A stretch of 26,139 bases of DNA from Thermoproteota archaeon. Lineage in GTDB: Archaea > Thermoproteota > EX4484-205 > JAAOZP01. The notes under the pieces were generated by a model that worked only from the letters and a program-made list of their open reading frames with translations, did no database searches and had not been told where the DNA came from. The stretch lies in NCBI GenBank assembly GCA_049700215.1, contig JBNAVT010000027.1, forward strand, positions 1 to 26,139. Direction: 5' to 3'. Position 1 is the stretch's first letter. Each line of letters starts with the position of its first letter. The translations under genes were made by a program, and so were the position numbers. Shown piece after piece: positions 10,901 to 18,689 of this stretch.

Positions 10901-11041
10901 GCTGTTGAAACCGATTTGCTTGAAAGGGATCTGTCGAAAATTAATATTCAAAACGGGGCTTTAAAGGTTAAGATGAATCCGTGGGAAATAACTACGATTA
11001 GGCTGAAGAAGTTAAGAAAATCGGCATTTTCCTGCAGTTAG
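7961..11041 (+). CDS. GH38 alpha-mannosidase with an N-terminal beta-sandwich domain
   Basis: HAHIDMNWLWP, nucleophile motif PDTFGH, YGVGDHGGG, GCYTTH, NQFHDILDG, and C-terminal FEIPFG and LLNDCKYG. No signal peptide. Confidence 0.95.
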   Translation: MAELDEVEKLRVKLENTYRRLADYRSKLSWRFFQGSLGEAYSKDFDDSSWKTVSLPFQWDPSKGDVWLRCKIVIPDEIEGVKVSGSKVELYSSAMITGGEVFVDSKLVLKEDYWTDFRGPRITITEKARPGDTHVVAIHAFEKRPFARGEKKGVPLFHIGYYAVDDAAFEIETFIQELNFTRILPGGLETLRKVVDDFDYSVFSRDVESILMEIEKARQKLRAVSKHAKEFKVHLVAHAHIDMNWLWPWEDTVKVIERDFSTMLSLMDKYPEFHFSQSQAVTYRTMEEKNPALFEKIRQKIHSGNWDVTASMWVEADLNMIGEETLARQILYSKRYVKEKLGFETRVGWEPDTFGHIWTLPQVFKKAGVDYYYFMRCGRGYPMFWWEGPDGSRLLAFNSVYNNTVTPRNIVETARLFYEKYGLKTSMFVYGVGDHGGGATLEDINSALKMRDKPAMPDVVFSSTHRFFNEVSSENPELPVVRDELNFTFDGCYTTHADIKRYNRLCERYLVDAEKLSAVSGLSAGEKLKEAWEKTLFNQFHDILDGSAFHESYSYSGRLAEEALAAAKEVLEQSIREIAGRIGFSQEGLAIIVFNTLAWDRKDVARVKIPREMVPRNPVVKDRHGKQHPAQIDGDELVFIADVPSLGYSTYYLAEGHEGKRNQAEGGEMVLENEFFKVEVDRDSGAISSVYDKTGRFVAKAFRNEATRPEFSNLFQVFHEAPHGMSAWIIGPITRVENLITGAEVKPVEKGPVVSRISTARRYRDSTITQEIVLYTGIPRIDFKTTIEWREVSDAFTDAPMLKVSFSPVLGSSVATFEIPFGSISRTADGREFPALRWIDLSDGEYGVSLLNDCKYGFDVCGNTMRMTVLRTSYSPDPTPDQGRHELKYSLYPHAGDWRKALAFRKGYELNHPFETVAVPSRISQGDLQEEASFLRIKPENIVLSCLKLAEDSDDIIIRIYDATGEGGEAEITPGFPVAEAVETDLLERDLSKINIQNGALKVKMNPWEITTIRLKKLRKSAFSCS

Positions 11042-11110
11042 ACCTTTTACTGAACAGGATGTTGGATCGCATTGAGAAATTAGCCGTCTACTAGAGTTTT
11101 CTCTTAATGA

Positions 11111-11134
11111 TTTATAAGCTTCTCATAGAAGCTT
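11111..11134 (+). promoter_or_regulatory. TATA box with an overlapping perfect inverted repeat (candidate operator)
   Basis: TTTATAA at 11111-11117 and AAGCTTCT-CAT-AGAAGCTT at 11116-11134, with ATG at 11147. Confidence 0.55.
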
Positions 11135-11146
11135 CGTTATTGAAAA

Positions 11147-12610
11147 ATGGATCGTATAGTGGTTTCAAGGTCTGAATACTGGGATAAGGTATATGCTTGT
11201 TGGCTTGGCAAGAATATTGGGGGAACTTTGGGTGCTCCATTCGAGGGCAGGAAGTTTGTTAACGATCTTGATTTCTACGCTACGTCTGTGAGCGAGGCTG
11301 CTCCAAACGACGATCTTGATTTTCAACTGGTCTGGCTGAAGATGCTTGAGGACCATGGGATTGAGGTTAAGCTTGAAAGGCTTGCAGAGTACTGGCTTAA
11401 GCATCTCTCAGCATATCCTTGGAACGAGTACGGGTTCTGCCAGCGAAACCTTAGAAGAGGTCTTCTACCCCCGGTTTCAGGGTGCTTCGAAAACTATTAT
11501 GTTGACGAGATGGGTTCACCGATAAGAAGCGAGATATGGGCCTGTATTGCTCCAGCTAACCCGCAGCTCGCTGCATCATACGCTTGGAAAGACTCTTGCA
11601 TGGATCATTCAGGTGGAGAAGGCATGTATGGCGAGATGTTTTGGGCTGCTGTAGAGAGCGCAGCCTTCGTTATAAACGATGTTGAGACGCTGATAAAGAT
11701 AGGTTTAAACATGATTCCAGTATACTCTCAAATCTCAAGGGTTATTAGGGAAGCCCTATGGTGTTACAGGAACAACGTGAGGTGGGCTGAAGCCAGGGAG
11801 AGAATAGTCCACTGGTATGGGCATAACAGTGCTTGCCACGCTGTTCAAAACCACGGGTTCACCATACTGGGCCTGCTTTACGGGAAGGATTTCGGCGACA
11901 AGCTTTGCAAGGCTGTGAACTGTGGTTACGACACTGACTGCACGGGAGCAACACTGGGTGCTCTACTGGGAATAATGCTGGGGGCTAAAGGCGTCCCGGA
12001 TAAATGGAAAAAGGGAGTTGGAGAGAAGATAGTTCTTCACAAATACACTAGGCTTGATGATGCGCCAAAGACAGTGGCTGAGCTGACGGATAGGGTTATG
12101 GCTGTTGCGGAAAAAGTCTTGGAGAAAAACCGGGAAGTCAGTTTCGGAGACCGCACAGTGATTCCTGAAAACTGTGTGACATTACTGATGAGAAACGAGA
12201 TGGCGATTGGCTTCTTGAAAAACGATGCCCATTCCTCTGTAAGAAGCATCGACGACTATGAGGTTTGGTTACACTATGATGGGGAACCAGTCATATATCC
12301 GAGGGTTGGAAGAACCTTGGGCGTGAGAGTTTTAAAGGGAAATAGGCAAGTTGAGCCAGCCATCAGGCTAAGGGCTCCGCAAGGATGGCGGGTCACGGAG
12401 CTAGAAAGCCTGTTTGGCCAGAAGCGTTTCCTGATTGAAGCTCCTGAGGTTGAAAACATAAACAAGCTTAGCGTCGAATTTGAAAACAGGGTGGTGCAGT
12501 TTATAATCCTTGGACCCGGGGAGGCAAAAGGATATCCGAGTGGGCAAAACGTGCCTACGTGTCCCGCTTGCCACGGTTACCGTAGTCACTGCATATGCGG
12601 TAAAGAGTAG
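11147..12610 (+). CDS. ADP-ribosylglycohydrolase (ARH/DraG) family protein with a C-terminal extension and Cys-rich tail
   Basis: GKNIGGTLGAPFEG and the metal-binding motifs NDDLD and GYDTDCTGAT, plus IRSEIWA. The tail reads CPACHGYRSHCIC. Confidence 0.85.
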   Translation: MDRIVVSRSEYWDKVYACWLGKNIGGTLGAPFEGRKFVNDLDFYATSVSEAAPNDDLDFQLVWLKMLEDHGIEVKLERLAEYWLKHLSAYPWNEYGFCQRNLRRGLLPPVSGCFENYYVDEMGSPIRSEIWACIAPANPQLAASYAWKDSCMDHSGGEGMYGEMFWAAVESAAFVINDVETLIKIGLNMIPVYSQISRVIREALWCYRNNVRWAEARERIVHWYGHNSACHAVQNHGFTILGLLYGKDFGDKLCKAVNCGYDTDCTGATLGALLGIMLGAKGVPDKWKKGVGEKIVLHKYTRLDDAPKTVAELTDRVMAVAEKVLEKNREVSFGDRTVIPENCVTLLMRNEMAIGFLKNDAHSSVRSIDDYEVWLHYDGEPVIYPRVGRTLGVRVLKGNRQVEPAIRLRAPQGWRVTELESLFGQKRFLIEAPEVENINKLSVEFENRVVQFIILGPGEAKGYPSGQNVPTCPACHGYRSHCICGKE

Positions 12611-12638
12611 AACCGGCGGGCTTGAAAGAAAAGTGTTT

Positions 12639-13370
12639 TCACACCGTTTTTATTAAGTGTTCAAGCAGTTTCTCCGCTTCTCTAGCGAAAACTGTTTCAA
12701 GCAAGCCTTCAGCATTCCCCAAGTTTGCCTCAATCCTCGGATCATAAGGTATTTCCCCTAGAAACTTGACGTTGAGTCTCAGGGATTCCTGTCGAATACT
12801 GCTTGACCCGGCTTTCATGTTTTCCACAATGCCAACTATCGGGATGTTTAGCTCCTTCAACATGAATACTAGTTTCCTAGCTGTTTCAAAGGCCAGTGGA
12901 GAGGATGTCGTGACTATTAGAAAACCCGGCTTCTTCATTAAACGTATTACGTCGAGCGTAGCATCCCCGATCCCAGGCGGCATGTCTAAAACCATAAAAT
13001 CCAGCTCGCCCCAGTTTGTGATGGAAAGCAGCTCGATAAACGCGTTTGAAAAATCCGTTCCCCTTAAGGGTGTTGCACGCCCGCCTGAATAGTGGATTAT
13101 CGACATGTATCTTAAGCCGTGGACGAGGGGCGGGGTGATCCCCCTGTCCTCCACGGGACGGGCTTCTTTAACACCAAGAATAAGGTGCGTGGAAGGGCTT
13201 GTAAAATCCAAGTCGAATAATCCAACCCTGTAACCCTTTCTAGCCAGGGTTAACGCGAGCATAGAGGACAATAGGCTCTTACCAACCCCGCCTTTACCGC
13301 TTGAAACAGCGATTATTCGGCTAACTCTTCTCATTCTTTCGTCAATAATGCTTATCCTCGGGTCGACCAT
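12639..13370 (-). CDS. hypB: Mrp/MinD-family ATPase; Thermococcales-type (ATPase) HypB nickel-insertion factor
   Basis: Deviant Walker A SGKGGVGKS, LDMPPG, IVENM and N-terminal MVDPR. It has no Cys at all, so it lacks the CxxC of Mrp/Nbp35 Fe-S scaffolds. It overlaps hypA by 29 nt. Confidence 0.75.
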   Translation of the reverse strand: MVDPRISIIDERMRRVSRIIAVSSGKGGVGKSLLSSMLALTLARKGYRVGLFDLDFTSPSTHLILGVKEARPVEDRGITPPLVHGLRYMSIIHYSGGRATPLRGTDFSNAFIELLSITNWGELDFMVLDMPPGIGDATLDVIRLMKKPGFLIVTTSSPLAFETARKLVFMLKELNIPIVGIVENMKAGSSSIRQESLRLNVKFLGEIPYDPRIEANLGNAEGLLETVFAREAEKLLEHLIKTV

Positions 13371-13770
13371 TCTTCTCCAACCCCTTTATGCTCTCGATCC
13401 AAACACCCCTGCCCTCGATTATCTCGAAATCCGGGCTTCCGCACCTGGGGCACTTAACGTAAGCGTGAGAAACCTCTGGAAGAAAGTGTATCGCTTCCAG
13501 CGTATCCTCGCCCAGTTCGTCCCTTTGGAAAAACCATTTGAAGCCGCAAGCCCTACATTTAAACTCTGTCTTAGCAGTCTCTATTATAAACTCCGTATCC
13601 TTTAGTTCAACCGGTTTCAACTGTGCCAAGGCTGTTCTAAATATTTCATGCTCCACCTGCTGCATCTCGCCAATTTTAATTTTAACCTCAATGATCCTCT
13701 CAATCCCTTTTTCCTCAACAATTCTAAGAATCGTCTTCACCACTGATTCTGCTAACGCCCACTCGTGCAT
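13342..13770 (-). CDS. hypA: Hydrogenase nickel metallochaperone HypA
   Basis: The MHE Ni-binding N-terminus fixes the start at ATG 13770, not 13791. It has CRAC and CPRC Zn pairs and the IHFLPE insertion of Thermococcales-type HypA. A TTTAAA box lies at about 13794-13799. Confidence 0.95.
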   Translation of the reverse strand: MHEWALAESVVKTILRIVEEKGIERIIEVKIKIGEMQQVEHEIFRTALAQLKPVELKDTEFIIETAKTEFKCRACGFKWFFQRDELGEDTLEAIHFLPEVSHAYVKCPRCGSPDFEIIEGRGVWIESIKGLEKNGRPEDKHY

Positions 13771-13840
13771 TAAACCGTGTAGCGTCAACACTGTTTAAAA
13801 ACGTTTCAGAGACAAAAAGGATTAGAAATAGCGAATACGG

Positions 13841-15204
13841 CTAAACCTTGACCATCTCTATACCAAGTATTTCACAAGCATCCTGAATAGGCTTCGTGTA
13901 ATCACCATGAATCATGCTTGCGTGATGAATGAAACCGTTCTTTAGAATAGTTTCATAGAGCTTCTTCAAATCAGGTACTTCAACCCAAGCCCAAGTGCCT
14001 TGGAGGCTCTCTCGAGTATCTAAAATCCTGCCTGTCGTAATCAGCATTTTGAATTTCCCGTCGTACTCTGCCAACCTGTTGATTGTCACGACGCCAGGTT
14101 TAAGCTGGAAGGCCCCCATGCCCATTTTGTTAATCTCGGCTCTGTCTCTCGCTAGAGATGGCGGAGCATTTCCACAGTGCCAAGCTAGGAAAACATTCTC
14201 CTTCTCCCGGTGCTGCACCGTCCAGTCTATGAAATGGGGAGGCGTCTTTTTAAACGAGGCTAAATACTGTATCAGCATGGTTAAAGCACCCAGCACATCC
14301 GCCTCGCAGGCCACCATGATGCCCCGGTCTACAAGCCTACCGCTCACGTGACACGGCGCAACCCCAAAGACGTGGTACATTGGCCCCCAGCACTGGATTC
14401 CCATAGCGTCCAGCCTCCACCTATCAGCCAGCGCAAGCAGGGCGTACTCCAGCCTCCCGATCTTGATTAAGGTTTCTTCATTAACGGCAGACGCGTCCAC
14501 CTCTCTTCTAATTGACTGGGTAATCCTGTTTATCTCCGAGCTGTCAATATTTTCCGCCACAGCGCCGGCTTCAACCAGGGAAATAGGGATTACTCTTTGG
14601 TTAAATACTCTTATTAGAGTAACCTCGTCCAGCGCGCAGGTTTCGAAGCTCTCCGGCCTGGGACCTACTAAACCTATCCTGGCTTTTAAGAACCCGTTAA
14701 CCACTATGCATGTTCTAGCAAAATCCTCAATAGTTTTAGCGAACCCTTCCTCCTCCGGGGAAACCACTCCTCCCCAGACGAAAGGTATCTTTCTCCTGTA
14801 AAGCGCCGACCCTATTGATATTGTTCCGCAGAACGAGTCTGATATACGCTCCCCCTCGGCAGTGAACGGGGGCTCTTTCGTCGCGAACAGTATGACGGGT
14901 TTCAATAGGGAGGATGCTATGCGTGCCGCAGACACTTCGTCGCCGAAATCTACGGCCATAATGATGATTCCATCCACGCATTCCTCTTTGAACAGCCGTA
15001 TCACTTTCTCCGCATCATCCTCGTTCTGAACAAGACCGTTTCCAGTTAGTTTTTCGTCGGGGGCTACACCTCCAAGAAACCAGCTTCCCCAAGAGTCTTC
15101 AAAGCTCTGTCACGTAGCTCCCTCGCCCACGGCTCAGATCTCTTGAACATCTGCCTGTGAGAAGGGACAAAACCGAGTTTCACTTTAACATCCTTATTCT
15201 CCAA
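13841..15204 (-). pseudogene. L-fucose/L-arabinose isomerase-family gene split by a -1 frameshift
   Basis: The main ORF has QCW, VACEADVLG, FIDW, WHCGN and GFIHH. The N-terminus MENKDVKVKLGFVPSHRQMF...GFLEV* (15204-15064, after GGAGG at 15216-15220) lies in another frame. Adding one base near 15068 joins it to VAPDEKLTGNGLVQNEDDAEKVIRLF. Confidence 0.75.
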
Positions 15205-15245
15205 TCTTAAATAAACCTCCTGAAAAATATGAAATCAGGTCATAT

Positions 15246-16219
15246 TTATGCTTTGTTTAAATTTATGAATTCCTCAGCCTCTCTCAAAGAAGGTATGCCG
15301 GCTCTGCCGCCGAGCCTTCTACATTTTAGGGCTGCAACAGCACTCGAAAACTCCACAATCCTGTGAAGACTCCAGCCCTGCATCACTCCGAAGCAGAACG
15401 CTCCGTGAAACACGTCGCCAGCACCAGTTGTATCTACGACTTGAACCTTGAAGGCTTTCTGCCTCACTAATTCTCCCCTCCCCGTCATGAATACCGCGCC
15501 TTCTTCACCGAGCGTCACCCCCACTACTTCAGGCCCAAGACTGAGAAGCTTTCTACACATGGCTTCCGGATCAGTTTCTCCAGTGAAATTGGCTGCTGCC
15601 CTCCTAGAAGGTATGCAATAGGTTATGTTACGGAGAATATTCAGCAGGTTTTTGTGAAAATACATGTCGAGACAGGTTTCAACATTATTTCTCCTAGCAA
15701 CTATGGCTGCGTCTAAACACTCAGGCTGAAAGCAGTCTAGCAGGAGGACCCTTCCTTCAGCAACGGAGTCAAGCTCATCCTTCGCATATTTCCTTGAAAA
15801 AGTATTTTCAAGCCAGTTCTTCCCTTCAGCTAACTTAACCATGTGCTTTACTGGCTCAGGAAGAACCCAATCTTTCAACGTCTTAACATCAACCCATCGA
15901 GGGTTACCGTTGGCATCTACCAGTATGAATAGTATTGGAGTGCTATATCTCTCCTGCACAATAATTCTACTCGTATCCACCCCGTGCTTTTTAAATCGGA
16001 GATAACGAGTTCTCCAGCCTCATCCTGGCCAACTCTGGTCATAATCGAAGTCCTTGCGCCGAGACGTGCAGCAGCCACCATGGCTGTAGACGCCTTACCG
16101 CCTCCCTGGATGCTCCAGTCAAGCACATTTCCACGGTTTAAATCCGAATTGTTTTCAACTTTTAAAATGCAATCGACACAACTCATTCCCAGCCCAATTA
16201 CTTCAAACTTCCCATGCAA
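15246..16219 (-). pseudogene. PfkB-family sugar kinase split by a -1 frameshift
   Basis: The 5' ORF has GGGKASTAMVAAARLG and VGQDEAG; the 3' ORF has DTTGAGDVFHG. The junction GAT TTA AAA AGC ACG GGG needs one more A to read DLKKHGVDTS. A TTATATA box lies at about 16245-16251. Confidence 0.8.
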
Positions 16220-16279
16220 TCCCCTTTTCCAGGCTCTTTTTCCGTATATAAGTTTTCTTACTACTGCGAGTACTGCTCG

Positions 16280-17404
16280 CTAAAGTGTTTTTCTCTTAAC
16301 ATAGTTTATCATGTGAATAAAGTTCTCCACGTTATTGTTGAGTGCAACGCTTGCTGAAGCTGAAAGAATGTAGCCTTCCCTCCCCCCTTCCCTTAAGCAT
16401 CTTTCAACCTCTTTCTCCACGTCCTGTTTAGTTCCGTATTCTATTATTCTCGGATCAACATTTCCGACAAGGCAGATTTTATCCCCGAATCTTTCCTTAA
16501 CCTCCCCCATCTTCATACCCGCTATCACGTCAATACACTGGTAAGCACTTATTCCGGCGTCTACGATTTCCGGCAGGATGGGCATAATGTATCCGTCGGA
16601 GTGAAGAACTACAAACGCGCCTTTTTTCTTGAAAGCATCCACCTCTCTTCTCAAAGCCGGTTTAACAAATTTCCTAAACATTGCCGGAGACATCCATGGG
16701 CCATTTTGGTTCCCGTAGTCGACACAGAGCTGAATCGCATCAGCGCCTTCATCAATAGCCCATTTACCGTATTCTATTGCTAAATCAGTATTACGGTTGA
16801 TTAAGGCTTCCACGGCGTCAGGCCTCCTGTAAACCCATAGTAACACGTGTTTAAGCAGATTCGGATTGGACACTATTGGCTCCCATGTTCCATCAGAATC
16901 GAAAGACAGGAACATGTTTTTCCTCACTCTAGCCGCCAGTTTCCTAAGCACTTCAAAAACCAATGGGTCCACCTCAACACTACTGTTCCTGCACGCTCTT
17001 ATTACCTCATCCGGGTCATAGGTTTCCGGCTCACTTAGGTTCCAGAGTGTTTCACCAGACCACAAGTATGTTTTCCCATCCACTTGCCACTTATGCTCCC
17101 CAATCCTCTTAACCTCCTTGGGCACACTATTGTACGCCTTTACCACGCGAACCCAGTCTATCCCGATTTTACTGTAGAGGTTTAGAAGCTCGTCCGCAAT
17201 CTGCTCGTTAACCTTGCCTAAATCAACCTCTCCCTTGGAAGCAACCAGGTTGAAAAAGGCCTCGGGATTATGAGCCATGATCCCGCTAGTACCCCTACCC
17301 AACACTGTTGAGAATATTTTCAAGGAGGGGTGTAACTCATATGTCGGGATCCTGTCCGGGGTTGAAAGCTGCATAGCTTTTACGACTCTTTCCCAAGAGT
17401 TCAT
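16280..17404 (-). CDS. URO-D/MtaA/CmuA-fold protein (paralog 2)
   Basis: MNSWERV...PDRIP N-terminus, DYGNQNGPWMSPAMFRKFVKP, VLHSDG, LVGNVD and GYILSAS...VENF. Confidence 0.85.
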   Translation of the reverse strand: MNSWERVVKAMQLSTPDRIPTYELHPSLKIFSTVLGRGTSGIMAHNPEAFFNLVASKGEVDLGKVNEQIADELLNLYSKIGIDWVRVVKAYNSVPKEVKRIGEHKWQVDGKTYLWSGETLWNLSEPETYDPDEVIRACRNSSVEVDPLVFEVLRKLAARVRKNMFLSFDSDGTWEPIVSNPNLLKHVLLWVYRRPDAVEALINRNTDLAIEYGKWAIDEGADAIQLCVDYGNQNGPWMSPAMFRKFVKPALRREVDAFKKKGAFVVLHSDGYIMPILPEIVDAGISAYQCIDVIAGMKMGEVKERFGDKICLVGNVDPRIIEYGTKQDVEKEVERCLREGGREGYILSASASVALNNNVENFIHMINYVKRKTL

Positions 17405-17419
17405 TGAGAACGGCGAGAC

Positions 17420-17463
17420 TTAAGCCTATAAAAAATTTAGTGTCTTGAATAAGGCTTAAATAT
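17420..17463. promoter_or_regulatory. Divergent promoter between paralogs 2 and 3, with an 8-bp inverted repeat
   Basis: The minus-strand TATA (TTTTATA, about 17427-17433) and plus-strand TTAAATAT (about 17456-17463) face outward. The repeat arms are TTAAGCCT (17420-17427) and AGGCTTAA (17452-17459). Confidence 0.55.
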
Positions 17464-17483
17464 GTTGCAGGATTCTGGGAGAC

Positions 17484-18641
17484 ATGCTTCACTCCGGCGA
17501 CAGTTTTAAACAGCATAATGAGATGGTTTCCAGCCTCTGGAAAGATTTCAGGATTAACAGGCACAAGAGGATACCTGTCACCTGGGGAATGACCGATAGG
17601 ATGATAGTGCTAAACAAGGAGCTGAACGTTAAGAACTATACTTATGAAAGGGTTTTCAACAATCCTGAAACAATGCTGCAGGTTGAGCTTGAGTTTGAAT
17701 ACTGGAGAAGACATAATGTTTATGCTGATTGGGAAATGGGGCTGCCCAAGGAATGGTCCATAACGGTGCAGTTTCAAAACATCTACGAATCAGCATGGTT
17801 CGGAGCACCCCTTTATTTCACCACCAGCAGTGTCCCAGACGTATATCCCTTTTTGAAGAACGAGGACGATGTAAGAACGTTTATTAAAAAAGGCATGCCT
17901 GAACCCTTCTCTGGATTCATGGCTAGGGTAAGAAGCTTCTACGAATACTTCTTGAAAAGGAAAGAGGATGGGTACGCCTACTTTGGAAGACCCATAGGAA
18001 GCATTTACGCACCGATCAGGACTGACGGCCCCTTCACTATTGCGACTAACATAACGAATGGCTTCGTTGTCAAACTGCTCTACAAAAACAGGGGCTTAGC
18101 TGAAGAATTCCTCTGGTTCGTGGCTGAATCCATAATTGAGAGGATGAAGTCTTGGCATAGGTTGCTTAAGATCTCTTTCCCGTACGAGGGCTTCGGGTTT
18201 GCAGACGACTCCATTCAGCTCCTATCTCCCAGAGCCTACAGGGAATTCGTCCTCCCTCTTCACAAAAAGATAGTTAACACTTTCTGCTCTGGAAGGCCAA
18301 GCATACACTTGTGCGGAGCAGTTATGCAGCATCTGAAAACCCTGAAGGAGGAGCTTAACATTTCCTCGATAGACACCGGGTTTCCACTAGATTTGGGGAG
18401 GGCGAGAGAGATACTTGGAGAAGACGTGGTTATACAGGGTGGTGTCAGAGTTACAACCCTGAAGCAGGGTCCCTTAAACAGAATTAGGGATGAAGTTGAA
18501 AGCATACTGGCCTCCGGTGTCACGAAAGGGAAAAGATTCGTTTTCAGAGATGCTAACAATGTTGCTCCAAATACCCCTGTCGAAAATCTCAACTTCGCTT
18601 ATGAGCTGGTGAGGAAGACCGGACGCTACGAAGAGGATTAA
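17484..18641 (+). CDS. URO-D/MtaA/CmuA-fold protein (paralog 3)
   Basis: DGPFTIA, ADDSIQLLSPRAYREFVLP, IHLCG, IQGGV and DANNVAPNTPVENL. Confidence 0.85.
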   Translation: MLHSGDSFKQHNEMVSSLWKDFRINRHKRIPVTWGMTDRMIVLNKELNVKNYTYERVFNNPETMLQVELEFEYWRRHNVYADWEMGLPKEWSITVQFQNIYESAWFGAPLYFTTSSVPDVYPFLKNEDDVRTFIKKGMPEPFSGFMARVRSFYEYFLKRKEDGYAYFGRPIGSIYAPIRTDGPFTIATNITNGFVVKLLYKNRGLAEEFLWFVAESIIERMKSWHRLLKISFPYEGFGFADDSIQLLSPRAYREFVLPLHKKIVNTFCSGRPSIHLCGAVMQHLKTLKEELNISSIDTGFPLDLGRAREILGEDVVIQGGVRVTTLKQGPLNRIRDEVESILASGVTKGKRFVFRDANNVAPNTPVENLNFAYELVRKTGRYEED

Positions 18642-18689
18642 GGCTGTTTGATGGCTTAAGTCTTAACGCTCGCTAGAGACTTTATCCGT

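Noticed and set aside
12560-12574. CPACH as a c-type heme attachment site
   Set aside because: The protein has no signal peptide, and the motif is followed by HCIC, which fits a metal knuckle better.
6830-18641. hemE or canonical methanogen mtaA calls
   Set aside because: There is no MRQAGR motif, the Zn ligand set is incomplete, and no tetrapyrrole or mtaBC genes are nearby.
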